NCBI GenBank assembly: GCA_017883605.1
Contig: JADGNH010000001.1
Location: 1 to 56,691, forward strand
Length of the DNA stretch: 56,691 nucleotides
From: Methanobacteriaceae archaeon
GTDB lineage: Archaea; Methanobacteriota; Methanobacteria; Methanobacteriales; Methanobacteriaceae
Direction of reading: 5' to 3'
Shown: positions 47,194 through 56,691 of the stretch, piece after piece
Layout of the letters: the number at the start of each line of letters is the position of its first letter
Numbering within the stretch: the stretch's first letter is position 1
Program-made: the position numbers and the translations under genes
The notes under the pieces: model-generated
Told to the model about the DNA's origin: nothing
Seen by the model: only the letters and a program-made list of their open reading frames with translations
The model's database searches: none

Positions 47194-48186
47194 TCAATTA
47201 TATTTAATTTCATCTATTTTATAGTCTTCCCATTTTTTCTTATGAAGAACTATCAAAAGTTCTTCAGGAGTTATAAGGGGCTTTTTGTACATTTTAGCAT
47301 CGTCTATGGCTATTCTAGGACATGCAGTTACCAAAAAAGCGTCTAAATCTATAAAAGGCATTAAAAGTTCCGGGGAAATATCATCCAGGAGGATGATGTA
47401 AGCCTCCTTTCCACTTTTATGGATCATCTTCTTTAAACTTTTTGCCAAATCCATACGGTACTGACCCTCTTTGGAAGAAACTATGATTCCAAATCTTTCT
47501 GCTTCCCTGGCCTTAATTATCCTTGCAAACCTTATTCTCAGAATCTTATCTGCAAATTGGTCAATATCCCTCGCCTCATTCCGATATGGATCTGCTATTA
47601 TAACTGGCTTGCCAGTGGAAAGTTTTATTCCCAGCGCATGGAAGTTGCCACTTCCAACGTATAAAAAAGCATCCGCTGAAAGGTCTTTTATGGCTGAAAA
47701 GTTACAGCCCAATACCTGACCTTTCCTGGTTCCCTGTCCTCCTTTTATCAGCACTTTTTTTCCATTTAGTTCCAGAAAATCTGCTACTTTATCTAAAAGA
47801 TGGATGTGCTGCGTGGTGGTTACCAGTCCAATTCTTTTATAGCCATTCAACAAATTTAGGGCCGTTTTAACTGATTGCATGACATCCATGTTGGAATGGG
47901 CCTCTACAAAAAGTACCGGTACATTGTATTTAATGGGAAGGGCAGTGTGTCCAAAGTGTACCAGGAGATCCACCATTCCCCCCATATTAACATCAGATAC
48001 ATCGCAAGCACCGTAACAGGGATCACCTGATATCAAAACAGTTGCCTCGGTTTCATTCTCTATCTGCCGGGCAACCTCTGTTGCATGGATTTTAAGTCCT
48101 TCTGGAAATTGTAATCCCACCACTTCTGCCTGGGTTTCCTTTATCTTTTCTATAATTTCAGGAATCTGGAGATTATAATTCAACAT
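47194..48186 (-). CDS. dph2: diphthamide biosynthesis enzyme Dph2
   Basis: LQFPEG, CYGACD, GQVLGC, ACPR. Confidence 0.95.
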   Translation of the reverse strand: MLNYNLQIPEIIEKIKETQAEVVGLQFPEGLKIHATEVARQIENETEATVLISGDPCYGACDVSDVNMGGMVDLLVHFGHTALPIKYNVPVLFVEAHSNMDVMQSVKTALNLLNGYKRIGLVTTTQHIHLLDKVADFLELNGKKVLIKGGQGTRKGQVLGCNFSAIKDLSADAFLYVGSGNFHALGIKLSTGKPVIIADPYRNEARDIDQFADKILRIRFARIIKAREAERFGIIVSSKEGQYRMDLAKSLKKMIHKSGKEAYIILLDDISPELLMPFIDLDAFLVTACPRIAIDDAKMYKKPLITPEELLIVLHKKKWEDYKIDEIKYN

Positions 48187-48316
48187 TCTATCCTCTGATA
48201 AACAACTTCTCCTCTTATAAAAAAATTCAAACTTGATTACTATCTAATAAAAACTTAATTTAATCACCCAAAAAACTTAATTCATTACCTAATGTGTGGT
48301 ATTCAAAAATATATTT

Positions 48317-48385
48317 TCTAACTAAAGGGCTGTATTACTATCTAACTAAAGGGCTGTATTACTATCTAACTAAAGGGCTGTATTA
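48317..48385. repeat. 24-bp tandem repeat, about 2.9 copies
   Basis: TCTAACTAAAGGGCTGTATTACTA. Confidence 0.9.
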
Positions 48386-48410
48386 TTAAATTAGAGCTTT
48401 TATTCAACAT

Positions 48411-48968
48411 TCATCCTTCTATTACAACTTTACCATCTTTTACATTCACTTTCAGTAATGTTTTAACCCTTACGCCAGTTTCCTTTTCCACCAACAGTTT
48501 TCCCTCACCCTTTTCCATAACGGCTATTACATCCACTAACTCCGTCCCCATACTTTTAAGAGCATTTAAAACAGCAGTCATAGTACCTCCAGTGCTGACC
48601 ACGTCATCCACCAGTATAATTCGCTCCCCCTTTTTCACGCCGTTTATATAAAGCTCCCCCTGACTGTAACCTGTGGTCTGATGAACCGCTACTTCCCCTT
48701 CCAATCCATAGTGACGTTTTCTCACGACCACAAAAGGGATGCCTGTCTCTAAAGATAATGCAGTAGCTATGTGGATTCCCATTGCCTCTATACATACTAT
48801 TTTATCCACTTCCAGGTCAGCAAGTTGGGCAATTGCCCCTGCAACTTCCCTCATAAGTTCTGGTTCTACCACCGGAATACCATCGGTTATGGGATGCACA
48901 AAATAATCATAATCCCCTTTTTTTATTACCGGAGCTTTTAACAAACTATTTTTAAGTTTTTCAAGCAA
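48411..48968 (-). CDS. hpt: hypoxanthine/guanine phosphoribosyltransferase
   Basis: [24 protein letters not shown]. Confidence 0.9.
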   Translation of the reverse strand: MLEKLKNSLLKAPVIKKGDYDYFVHPITDGIPVVEPELMREVAGAIAQLADLEVDKIVCIEAMGIHIATALSLETGIPFVVVRKRHYGLEGEVAVHQTTGYSQGELYINGVKKGERIILVDDVVSTGGTMTAVLNALKSMGTELVDVIAVMEKGEGKLLVEKETGVRVKTLLKVNVKDGKVVIEG

Positions 48969-49183
48969 ATTATCACCTTATACAGATATTAAATAAATAA
49001 GATTAAAATAATCAAATAGGAGAAACTATTTTATGTTAGATTTATATTGAATTAAATTTCTATAATATATAATATTGTGCAAATTCTATTAATATGTTGC
49101 AGTAGTTACTAATTAACCTATGTTACTATTAACTATTCCATTAACTCAATTTAATAATTCCTGTAACTAAAACAAGTGATACT

Positions 49184-50515
49184 ATGCTGGGAAATTTAGG
49201 TAAAAATTTAACCAACACCATGAAAAAGCTGGCCGGGATGGCCATAATTGATGAAGAAGTGGTTAAAGAAGTTATAAAAGACATTCAAAGGGCACTTATA
49301 CAGTCTGATGTTAACATAAAGATGGTTCTTAAACTTTCCAAAACCATAGAAGATAGATCCCTCAAAGAAGAACCTCCTAAGGGTGTCACTCCTAAAGAAC
49401 ATGTTATAAAGATTGTTTATGAAGAACTGGTAAATCTTCTGGGGGAGAAACCAGTTGAAATTGAAATTAAGGAAAAACCGTATAAAATACTGTTTGTAGG
49501 TCTCCAGGGAAGTGGTAAGACAACCACAATTGCAAAGCTGGCAAAATATCTGCAAAAAAAAGGTTTCAATCCTGCTGTGGTATGTACAGACACCTGGAGG
49601 CCAGCTGCCTATGAACAGCTGCGTCAGCTCATAGAGAATATGAACGTCCCCCTTTACGGCGATCCTGACAATCAAAATGCTTTAGACCTGGCAGAGAAGG
49701 GTTTAAAGGAGTTTAAAAAACAGGACATCATAATAGTGGACACCGCCGGTCGCCATAAGGAAGAAAAAGATTTACTCGACGAAATGGAGCAAATCTCAAA
49801 TGTAGTAAAACCGGAGGAGGTTATACTTGTTATCGATGGGACAATCGGACAGCAAGCCCGTGATCAGGCCCTTGCATTTAGTAAAACTACTGAAATCGGT
49901 TCCATCATCATAACCAAACTGGACGGTTCTGCAAAAGGAGGCGGAGCCTTATCAGCTGTGGGTGAGACCGGTGCACCTATTAAATTTATTGGAACTGGAG
50001 AAAAGGTGGATGACTTCGAAGCCTTTGATCCAGAACGTTTTATATCAAGGCTTTTAGGTATGGGCGACATTAAAGCCCTTATAGAGAAAGCTGAAGAAAT
50101 AGCTGAGGAAGATATAGATGTGGAATCAGTGGATGCCATGCTCAGCGGTAAGTTCACCCTTAAAGACATGTACTCCCAATTCGACATGATGAATAAGATG
50201 GGCCCCATGCAGCAGGTCATGAGCATGCTGCCGGGTGTAGGAGGTAAACTGCCCAAAAACGCCTCTCAGATGACTGAAGAAAAACTCAAAAAGTACCGCA
50301 TACTGATGGACTCCATGACTGAACATGAACTAACCCACCCCGAAGTGATCAAACAGTCCCGGGTTAAAAGAATAGCAAGAGGCTCCGGAATGAGAAATGA
50401 AGACGTTAAAGAGCTTTTAAAATATTACAACGTCACCAAAAAGGCAATGAAAGGTTTTGGAAAGAGGAAGATGGGCGGACCCATGGGGCAGATGATGAGG
50501 CAGTTAATGCGCTGA
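49184..50515 (+). CDS. srp54: signal recognition particle protein Srp54
   Basis: [20 protein letters not shown], Met-rich M domain. Confidence 0.97.
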   Translation: MLGNLGKNLTNTMKKLAGMAIIDEEVVKEVIKDIQRALIQSDVNIKMVLKLSKTIEDRSLKEEPPKGVTPKEHVIKIVYEELVNLLGEKPVEIEIKEKPYKILFVGLQGSGKTTTIAKLAKYLQKKGFNPAVVCTDTWRPAAYEQLRQLIENMNVPLYGDPDNQNALDLAEKGLKEFKKQDIIIVDTAGRHKEEKDLLDEMEQISNVVKPEEVILVIDGTIGQQARDQALAFSKTTEIGSIIITKLDGSAKGGGALSAVGETGAPIKFIGTGEKVDDFEAFDPERFISRLLGMGDIKALIEKAEEIAEEDIDVESVDAMLSGKFTLKDMYSQFDMMNKMGPMQQVMSMLPGVGGKLPKNASQMTEEKLKKYRILMDSMTEHELTHPEVIKQSRVKRIARGSGMRNEDVKELLKYYNVTKKAMKGFGKRKMGGPMGQMMRQLMR

Positions 50516-50686
50516 TTTAACCTTAGGTAAGCTTTAAGCTAAAATTCCTGCGACGGTATATGTTATTAACTAATTCTGGTTTCGTTATAAAATTTGTTTA
50601 TTTATTACTAATTTAAATTATAAATTAAAAGATAGTCCTGTTTATGGAAAAATTAGATTTATGGAAAAAATTAGTCTTAGTTATAG

Positions 50687-52078
50687 ATGATTGTTATGAA
50701 CGATGCAAAATTAGATTCTAAAATTAAAGATAAAGCATTTAAAATCATTAAAATTACAGATGGTAAAATTTGTAATCGATGTTTGGGAAGAAATTTCTTC
50801 AAAGAGATAGAAGCTGCCGATAACAATGAAAGAGGTGAATATATAAAAGATTTTCTATTTCAAGGCGTTTATGAATCTTATAATACTCAAAAAAAGGGTT
50901 ATGAATCTCAGAAAACTGAAAAAAGAGTTGAGGAATTTCAATATACTCAAAAAGGAGCCGGTACCTCCCAAGAGACTGAAGAATATAATCTTGAAACAAA
51001 AGCGCCCTGTTATGTATGTGGAGATCTATTCGAATCTGTTGAAAACAGTCTCATTGATAAGATAATCCAAATTATAAAAGAGATGGAAGTGGAATTTTCC
51101 ACCTTTCTGGTTGGATGCCGTGTCCAGCCCGAGATAGTCCAAAAAGAAGAAAATATCCATAAAGAAGTTAAATTCAGCGTTGAAGAGGTTAAAGAGGAAG
51201 AAGCTAAAGAGAGTGTTAAAAAAGAGTTGAACCGAGAGATCGGTAAAAGACTGGCACTTGAAATGGGAAAAGAAGTTGATTTTGATAATCCCAACCTGGT
51301 GATAGTGGTTGACTTCGTCCAAAAAAATGTGGAGATACAGATCAACCCCATATTCATAGAAGGGCGTTACAGAAAGTTAGTAAGGGGGATTCCCCAAACC
51401 AAATGGCCCTGTAGAAAGTGTAAGGGTAAAGGGTGTGAAAACTGTAATTACACCGGTAAAATGTACCCGGAATCAGTTGAAGAATTAATATCCCCCGAAG
51501 CCGTCAATTTAACTGATGGTAAAGAGTCTAAATTCCATGGAGCTGGTAGAGAAGACATTGATGTAAGAATGCTTGGTAGGGGTCGGCCCTTTGTACTGGA
51601 GATTAAGGAACCGCTGCAAAGGAACCTGGATCTGGAAAAACTGCAGGTAATGATAAACCACTATGCTGAAGGTAAAGTTGAAGTTTTAGATTTAAAAATG
51701 GTGGGTAAAAAAAGGCGTAGCCAGATAAAAGCCTCTTCTACAGATACCTACAAAACATATCATGCTATTGTAGAACTTGAAACAGAGGTTTCTCCTGATG
51801 ATCTTAAGTCCCTGAATTCTCTGAAAGCCATTGATCAACGCACCCCCCTGCGGGTGTCCCATAGAAGGGCGGATAAAATAAGAAATCGCAATATAAGGGG
51901 CATAAATGTTAAAAAATTGGATCAGCGGTTGATAGAGCTGATAATTGAATGTGAAGGTGGGCTGTACATCAAAGAACTCATATCTAGCGATGAAAATAGA
52001 ACAAATCCCAGCGTATCTTCCATATTACACACCAATGCCCGGTGTGTGCAGCTGGATGTCCTGGAAGTTAATATTTAA
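50687..52078 (+). CDS. pus10: tRNA pseudouridine(54/55) synthase Pus10
   Basis: CNRCLGR, GIPQTKW, GREDIDVRMLG, GLYIKELI. Confidence 0.95.
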   Translation: MIVMNDAKLDSKIKDKAFKIIKITDGKICNRCLGRNFFKEIEAADNNERGEYIKDFLFQGVYESYNTQKKGYESQKTEKRVEEFQYTQKGAGTSQETEEYNLETKAPCYVCGDLFESVENSLIDKIIQIIKEMEVEFSTFLVGCRVQPEIVQKEENIHKEVKFSVEEVKEEEAKESVKKELNREIGKRLALEMGKEVDFDNPNLVIVVDFVQKNVEIQINPIFIEGRYRKLVRGIPQTKWPCRKCKGKGCENCNYTGKMYPESVEELISPEAVNLTDGKESKFHGAGREDIDVRMLGRGRPFVLEIKEPLQRNLDLEKLQVMINHYAEGKVEVLDLKMVGKKRRSQIKASSTDTYKTYHAIVELETEVSPDDLKSLNSLKAIDQRTPLRVSHRRADKIRNRNIRGINVKKLDQRLIELIIECEGGLYIKELISSDENRTNPSVSSILHTNARCVQLDVLEVNI

Positions 52079-52598
52079 ATCTTTATTAATAATATGAAGG
52101 GTTTAAAATAGTTTTTAAATTAAGGTTTAAAGTATATCAGACAATTTTTATAGGTAGTTTTATAGATAATGTTGATAAAGTAAAGAAGAGTATTTGAAAG
52201 AAGATTACTTAATATAAAACACAGTATTAAGAGTATTGATAATTAATGAAGAGAATATTAAGAGTTGATGTAAAGTATAATAACAGGTGATGTAATACTT
52301 GGTCAAAGTTATAAATTAATCCAGTAAGAGAAATTGACTAGAGTTTAGAAGAAATTTATAGCACAGCTGGCTTCATATCTGGGTCATTAATGCCTTATCT
52401 CAATCGGATTTTATCAAATATTCTTGAATCAGTTTTTGATTAACTGAAATTAAATAATAAAAAAAAATTATAACTTAAAAAACCGGTTAAAGGCTAATTT
52501 AGCCCTTTCAGCCCAATATATCAATAATTGTTATGAAGAAATAATTAGTAAAAATATTTTGATCAACCTTTTTTAAAGGTTGATGTGGAGGTTTAAAA

Positions 52599-52889
52599 AT
52601 GAGAAGATCAAGAGGTTTTAGAAGCAAAACACGTTACAAGCTCAAAAAAAGCATAAGAGTCGGTAGAACAAACCCTATAACCAAAAGAATACAGACCTTT
52701 AATGAAAATGATCTGGTTCACATCATAATCGACCCCAGCATACAGAAAGGTCAGCCCCATCCCCGATTCCACGGTAAAACTGGGAAAGTATCGGATAAGA
52801 GAGGTAGAGCTTACATAGTTGCGATTAATGACGGTAACAAGGCTAAAAAGTTGATTATAAGACCAGACCATCTTAAAATGCAAGAGTGA
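52599..52889 (+). CDS. rpl21e: 50S ribosomal protein L21e
   Basis: [10 protein letters not shown]. Confidence 0.96.
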   Translation: MRRSRGFRSKTRYKLKKSIRVGRTNPITKRIQTFNENDLVHIIIDPSIQKGQPHPRFHGKTGKVSDKRGRAYIVAINDGNKAKKLIIRPDHLKMQE

Positions 52890-52894
52890 TTGGA

Positions 52895-53227
52895 ATGATT
52901 GGGAAAAAAATAGTTGAAACCAACCCCATCACCATTCCGGAAGTTAAGGAGATGCTAGAGGAGCGGTCCCAGTTCCATGAGCTTACCTACGAGCAAAATC
53001 TGGCTCTGGATCATGTAACCAAATTTGCAAATCTGGATGCTGAAAACGCCCAAAAGCTGGTGGAGGAACTGGAAGAGATCGTTAAAAAAAATCAGGCAAT
53101 TAAACTAGAAGACATAATGCCTGAAGATATGGCCGATATGAGACTTATGTTCGCAAAAGAGAGGGGATCTCATAAAAAAGAAGAGCTGGAGAAGTTGCTA
53201 AATATTATAAACAAATACAGGGAATAG
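52895..53227 (+). CDS. rpoF: RNA polymerase subunit F (Rpo4)
   Basis: ELTYEQ..ALDH, IMP; follows rpl21e. Confidence 0.93.
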   Translation: MIGKKIVETNPITIPEVKEMLEERSQFHELTYEQNLALDHVTKFANLDAENAQKLVEELEEIVKKNQAIKLEDIMPEDMADMRLMFAKERGSHKKEELEKLLNIINKYRE

Positions 53228-53355
53228 GACAAGTTTCTAACAGCTAATAAAAAATTAATAACTAAAAGAACAGTTATTACTGGTTTATAGCTGATAATAA
53301 CTAATTAATAATAAATAAACTATATATCAAGTTTATTAATGGATCTGGTGGTTAG

Positions 53356-53943
53356 ATGGAAGATTACGCGATTATTCTGGATTATCTTCCTTTAGGCTAT
53401 GTAAAGGAAGGTGCACCTTCATTCAAAAGAAAACCCGTAGCTCAGGCTATGGGTGTAGATGAATTCACACTCCTGGAACTTACCCCAAAGGAAAAAATCA
53501 ACCTAGACATACACGAAAAAGTATACATAGGCGCAGATAAACGAGATAAAATAGCCCGGGTAAGCCGCAGGCTTGAATATGATAAACTCACATCCACCGC
53601 CAAAATTGAACTTAACTACGCTGTAGAAGAGATTATAAAGGAAAATGAAGACAAATTCGTTCAATTTTTCAACCAGGCGAGATCAATTTCAACCAGACTA
53701 CACCAAATAGAGCTTCTGCCAGGTATTGGGAAAAAACACATGTGGGATATTTTAAACGCCCGCAAAGAAAAAGAATTTGAAAGCTTTCAGGACATTAAAA
53801 AACGAGTACCCATGTTAGCTGATCCGGTTAAACTGCTCTCTAAACGGGTGTTGATGGAATTAGAAGCAACCGGCGATAGAAAGGGAAAACGTAAGTACAT
53901 ATTATTCACCAGACCTCCCAAAAAAAGATTTGAAAGAATTTAA
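53356..53943 (+). CDS. DUF655 family protein
   Basis: ILDYLPLG, FTLLE, RLHQIELLPGIGKK HhH. Confidence 0.92.
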   Translation: MEDYAIILDYLPLGYVKEGAPSFKRKPVAQAMGVDEFTLLELTPKEKINLDIHEKVYIGADKRDKIARVSRRLEYDKLTSTAKIELNYAVEEIIKENEDKFVQFFNQARSISTRLHQIELLPGIGKKHMWDILNARKEKEFESFQDIKKRVPMLADPVKLLSKRVLMELEATGDRKGKRKYILFTRPPKKRFERI

Positions 53944-54053
53944 CTTAACAAATTTTATACTTAAAACAATTAATATAACTTAAATCGATTAATAATTTAA
54001 ATTATAACAGATTTTAAGCCAAAAAAATCTATTTAGGGAGTATAATAGGATAA

Positions 54054-54902
54054 ATGTTGGCTGATACCCTTAAAATATTGAAATTGTATGATATTAGGCT
54101 GGATAAGAGGAAAGGTCAGAATTATCTTATTAATCCCGGTGTACTGTCCAGAATCTTAGAGTATGCCCATATTTCCCCTAAAGACCGGGTACTGGAAATT
54201 GGTGCAGGTATAGGAACCCTAACCATCCCCCTGGCAGAGCGGGCTGGAAAGGTATTTGCGGTGGAACAGGACCGAAAAATTGCTGAAATACTGATAAAAA
54301 GACTTAAAGATGCTGGAATATATAATGTAGAGGTAATTATAGGGGATGCAACTAAAATAAAGCTTCCAACATTTAACAAGGTGATATCCAACCTTCCCTA
54401 CCAGATATCTTCCCCCATTACATTCAAATTGCTCAAAAAAGATTTTGATTTTGGAATACTGATGTATCAGCTGGAATTTGCTGAAAGGATGGTTGCCAAG
54501 GCCGGTGCATCAAATTATTCAAGACTTTCCGTTATGTTGCACTTCTGCGCCCATGCTGAGATGCTTTTTAAGGTTCCATCCAACGCATTTTTTCCAGAAC
54601 CTAAAATTTCATCTGCAGTTATTAAGCTAAAACCCAATAAACAATCATATGTTGATGAATTCTTTTTAAAAACCTTAAGAGCCCTTTTTCAACATAAAAG
54701 AAAAAAAGTCCGAAATGCGCTTATTGATTCATTCCATGAAATAACCCCCATGGATAAAACAACTGTAAAAAGTACTGTTTCCAAATTAGAACCTGAATTA
54801 ATGAACAGCAGGGTTTTCAAACTGGAACCTGAAGAAATAATGAAAATATCCAGAGAATTAAAAGAAGTATTAGAAACAAATTCATCCATTGGAAATAAAT
54901 AA
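54054..54902 (+). CDS. rsmA: 16S rRNA adenine dimethyltransferase KsgA/RsmA
   Basis: GQNYL, LEIGAGIG, NLPYQISSP. Confidence 0.96.
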   Translation: MLADTLKILKLYDIRLDKRKGQNYLINPGVLSRILEYAHISPKDRVLEIGAGIGTLTIPLAERAGKVFAVEQDRKIAEILIKRLKDAGIYNVEVIIGDATKIKLPTFNKVISNLPYQISSPITFKLLKKDFDFGILMYQLEFAERMVAKAGASNYSRLSVMLHFCAHAEMLFKVPSNAFFPEPKISSAVIKLKPNKQSYVDEFFLKTLRALFQHKRKKVRNALIDSFHEITPMDKTTVKSTVSKLEPELMNSRVFKLEPEEIMKISRELKEVLETNSSIGNK

Positions 54903-55035
54903 TCAATGATTTTCATTGGAAAAACAAATCCTATTGGAAAAACAAATAATTCAATATATTTCATTGGAAATAAATTTTATTGGAAATAACAAATTCTCTA
55001 TAATAAAATTCAAATATCTAAAGGAGTTGATTTAA

Positions 55036-55374
55036 ATGGACGAAAACCCCTACCAGGTTTTCCAGAGGGAATGTCCAGAACTGGCAGCCAGATTCAACGA
55101 CCTGGTGGAAGCCCAACGATCTCTCAAGGGAATAAATCCTAAAACTAAACAGCTAATCAACATCGCCATCCAAACTGCCAACAGAAATCCCCCTGGCGTA
55201 GAAATGCACGCCCTGATGGCTAAAAACGAAGGCGCAACTAGAGATGAGATTGTGGGTGCAGTGGTAATGAACCTCCATCTTTCAGGTTTAGCCTGTGTCT
55301 TGGATTGTCTTCCAGCAGCCCTGGAGGGATTTGAAGCAAATTTTAAGGACAAATCAAATTTTAAGGACAAATAA
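55036..55374 (+). CDS. CMD family protein
   Basis: KTKQLINIAI, H...A...GATRDEI. Confidence 0.85.
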   Translation: MDENPYQVFQRECPELAARFNDLVEAQRSLKGINPKTKQLINIAIQTANRNPPGVEMHALMAKNEGATRDEIVGAVVMNLHLSGLACVLDCLPAALEGFEANFKDKSNFKDK

Positions 55375-55413
55375 TATGACCAGAGATAGATGATATAAAT
55401 TCAGGAATAAATA

Positions 55414-55710
55414 ATGAAAGCAGAAAATATTTATTCACGAAAAATAACATCGACAGAAGCTCGAAAAGGCTTTATTATGATTTTAAAAAATAACCTTTCA
55501 TTTTTTCCTCCCCTGGGAAGTTCCTTTGAACTTTTAAATAAAGGTTCACCCAAAACCGTGGCGGTCGAGTCTTATCCCTGCACTTGTAGAGGCCCTGAAT
55601 TGCCACATGAACATTATTTTATCCGTTGGAACGGATTAATAGCTGGAAATAAGGTAGAAATAGTAAAATATCCTGAAGAGGATAACTTATATAATCTGAA
55701 AATTATATAG
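55414..55710 (+). CDS. hypothetical protein with CTCRGPxxPHEH motif
   Basis: 98-aa ORF co-oriented with the CMD gene, normal composition. Confidence 0.8.
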   Translation: MKAENIYSRKITSTEARKGFIMILKNNLSFFPPLGSSFELLNKGSPKTVAVESYPCTCRGPELPHEHYFIRWNGLIAGNKVEIVKYPEEDNLYNLKII

Positions 55711-55892
55711 CTGAATTATCTGAGAGGATAACTTATAAATCTGAAATTTTATAGTTTGAATTGTATGGAAATTAGTCGTGACACTGCCCGGGATATCTAT
55801 TTCAGCTAATTTCTCTATGATATTTGGTAGCAGTTCATATGTGATAACTAGTTTATAAGAAGAATTATAAGAAGAATTTAATTATTGGGTGG

Positions 55893-56501
55893 ATGATTGA
55901 AATGTTAGAATACAACGGAATACACTATTACACTAACCCCCAGGTATACGAACCCGCAGAAGACACCTTTCTCCTGGCAGATAACCTCCAGGTGAAAAGA
56001 AGATCTAATGTGCTGGAAATTGGTACCGGAACGGGGATCATAGCTATAACCGCCGCTAGAAAAGCTCGCATGGTAATTGCCACGGACATAAATCCCTCTG
56101 CCATACAATGTGCCACCAAAAATATCGTGGCCAACAAGGTTTTTAACATTGAATTAAGAAAAGGAGATCTTTTTGATCCTGTAAAAGGAGAAAAATTCGA
56201 TCTAATCATCTTTAACACCCCATATCTCCCTACTTCTGAGGATGAACTGACCGATGATGATCTTAACGCTGCCTGGTATGGTGGATCCGACGGTAGAGAG
56301 GTTATAGAGAGATTTATCACAGATCTGCCCCACCATCTTAATGCCGGTGGGAAGGTGCAGATGTTGCAGTCTTCCCTATCAGATATAGACAAAACAATTA
56401 AAAAATTAGAGGAACTTGGACTGGAGGCCTCTGTAACTGCAAAAGAAAAGTTATTCTTTGAAGAAACGGTGGTAATTACTGGAATCTTAAAAAAAGTTTA
56501 A
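55893..56501 (+). CDS. HemK2/PrmC-related methyltransferase
   Basis: VYEPAEDTFLL, LEIGTGTG, FNTPY, GGSDGR, QSSLS. Confidence 0.93.
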   Translation: MIEMLEYNGIHYYTNPQVYEPAEDTFLLADNLQVKRRSNVLEIGTGTGIIAITAARKARMVIATDINPSAIQCATKNIVANKVFNIELRKGDLFDPVKGEKFDLIIFNTPYLPTSEDELTDDDLNAAWYGGSDGREVIERFITDLPHHLNAGGKVQMLQSSLSDIDKTIKKLEELGLEASVTAKEKLFFEETVVITGILKKV

Positions 56502-56612
56502 TTAATACAGTTTTCATGCGTCTAAGTTTAAAATAAAGTACTTAAACAATCTAAAAATAAAGTCTTTAGTATTAGCCTAAATTTGTGTATTCTGGCTTTA
56601 TACTCGTTTAAA

Positions 56613-56691
56613 TTACCTCCAAACTTTCAAAACAAAAAAACACGGCCTGGGATTTACATATTCCATTTTAACATTTTCAATAGGTGTTCCT
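56613..56691 (-). CDS. possible 3' end of a gene entering from the right edge
   Basis: Open frame GTPIENVKMEYVNPRPCFFVLKVWR* to the window end. Confidence 0.35.
   Translation of the reverse strand, partial: GTPIENVKMEYVNPRPCFFVLKVWR

Noticed and set aside
49113..49130. TAACCTATGTTA upstream of srp54 as a heat-shock box
   Set aside because: Spacer is 4 rather than 5 nt, single copy in AT-rich DNA.

Overview
AT-rich archaeal chromosomal window, most likely from a Methanobacterium-type (Methanobacteriales) methanogen, judged from the split polB1, frhADGB and gene order. Positions 1-17.8 kb are an accessory-looking stretch of redox, detox and regulator genes (EFR1 ferredoxin, flavodoxins, three GNATs, two nitroreductases, two MarR, ArsR, HxlR, methyltransferases), interspersed with a TFE homolog, polB1 and nicotinate PRTase. 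Next come larB, gmd, hypF, a heat-shock locus (ArsR/Phr-type regulator divergent from grpE-dnaK-dnaJ), tRNA-iMet with RNase P RNA, map, frhADGB and two tRNA-Arg genes. The right side is the conserved informational cluster (PAC2, nop10, aIF2a, S27e, L44e, GINS, PCNA, TFS, rpoL, csl4, dph2, hpt, srp54, pus10, L21e, rpoF, ksgA, HemK). No mobile element or CRISPR array was seen. Best leads: an unannotated 30-aa CCGPKGC micropeptide under an HxlR sensor, a B3-fold-like CxC/HxH protein, stacked TATA/operator repeats at the heat-shock promoter, a FrhG apparently lacking its CxC site, an apparent ATC-initiated NUDIX gene, a pair of membrane-anchored coiled-coil proteins, and pervasive short tandem duplications. 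All family assignments come from motif recognition, not database searches.
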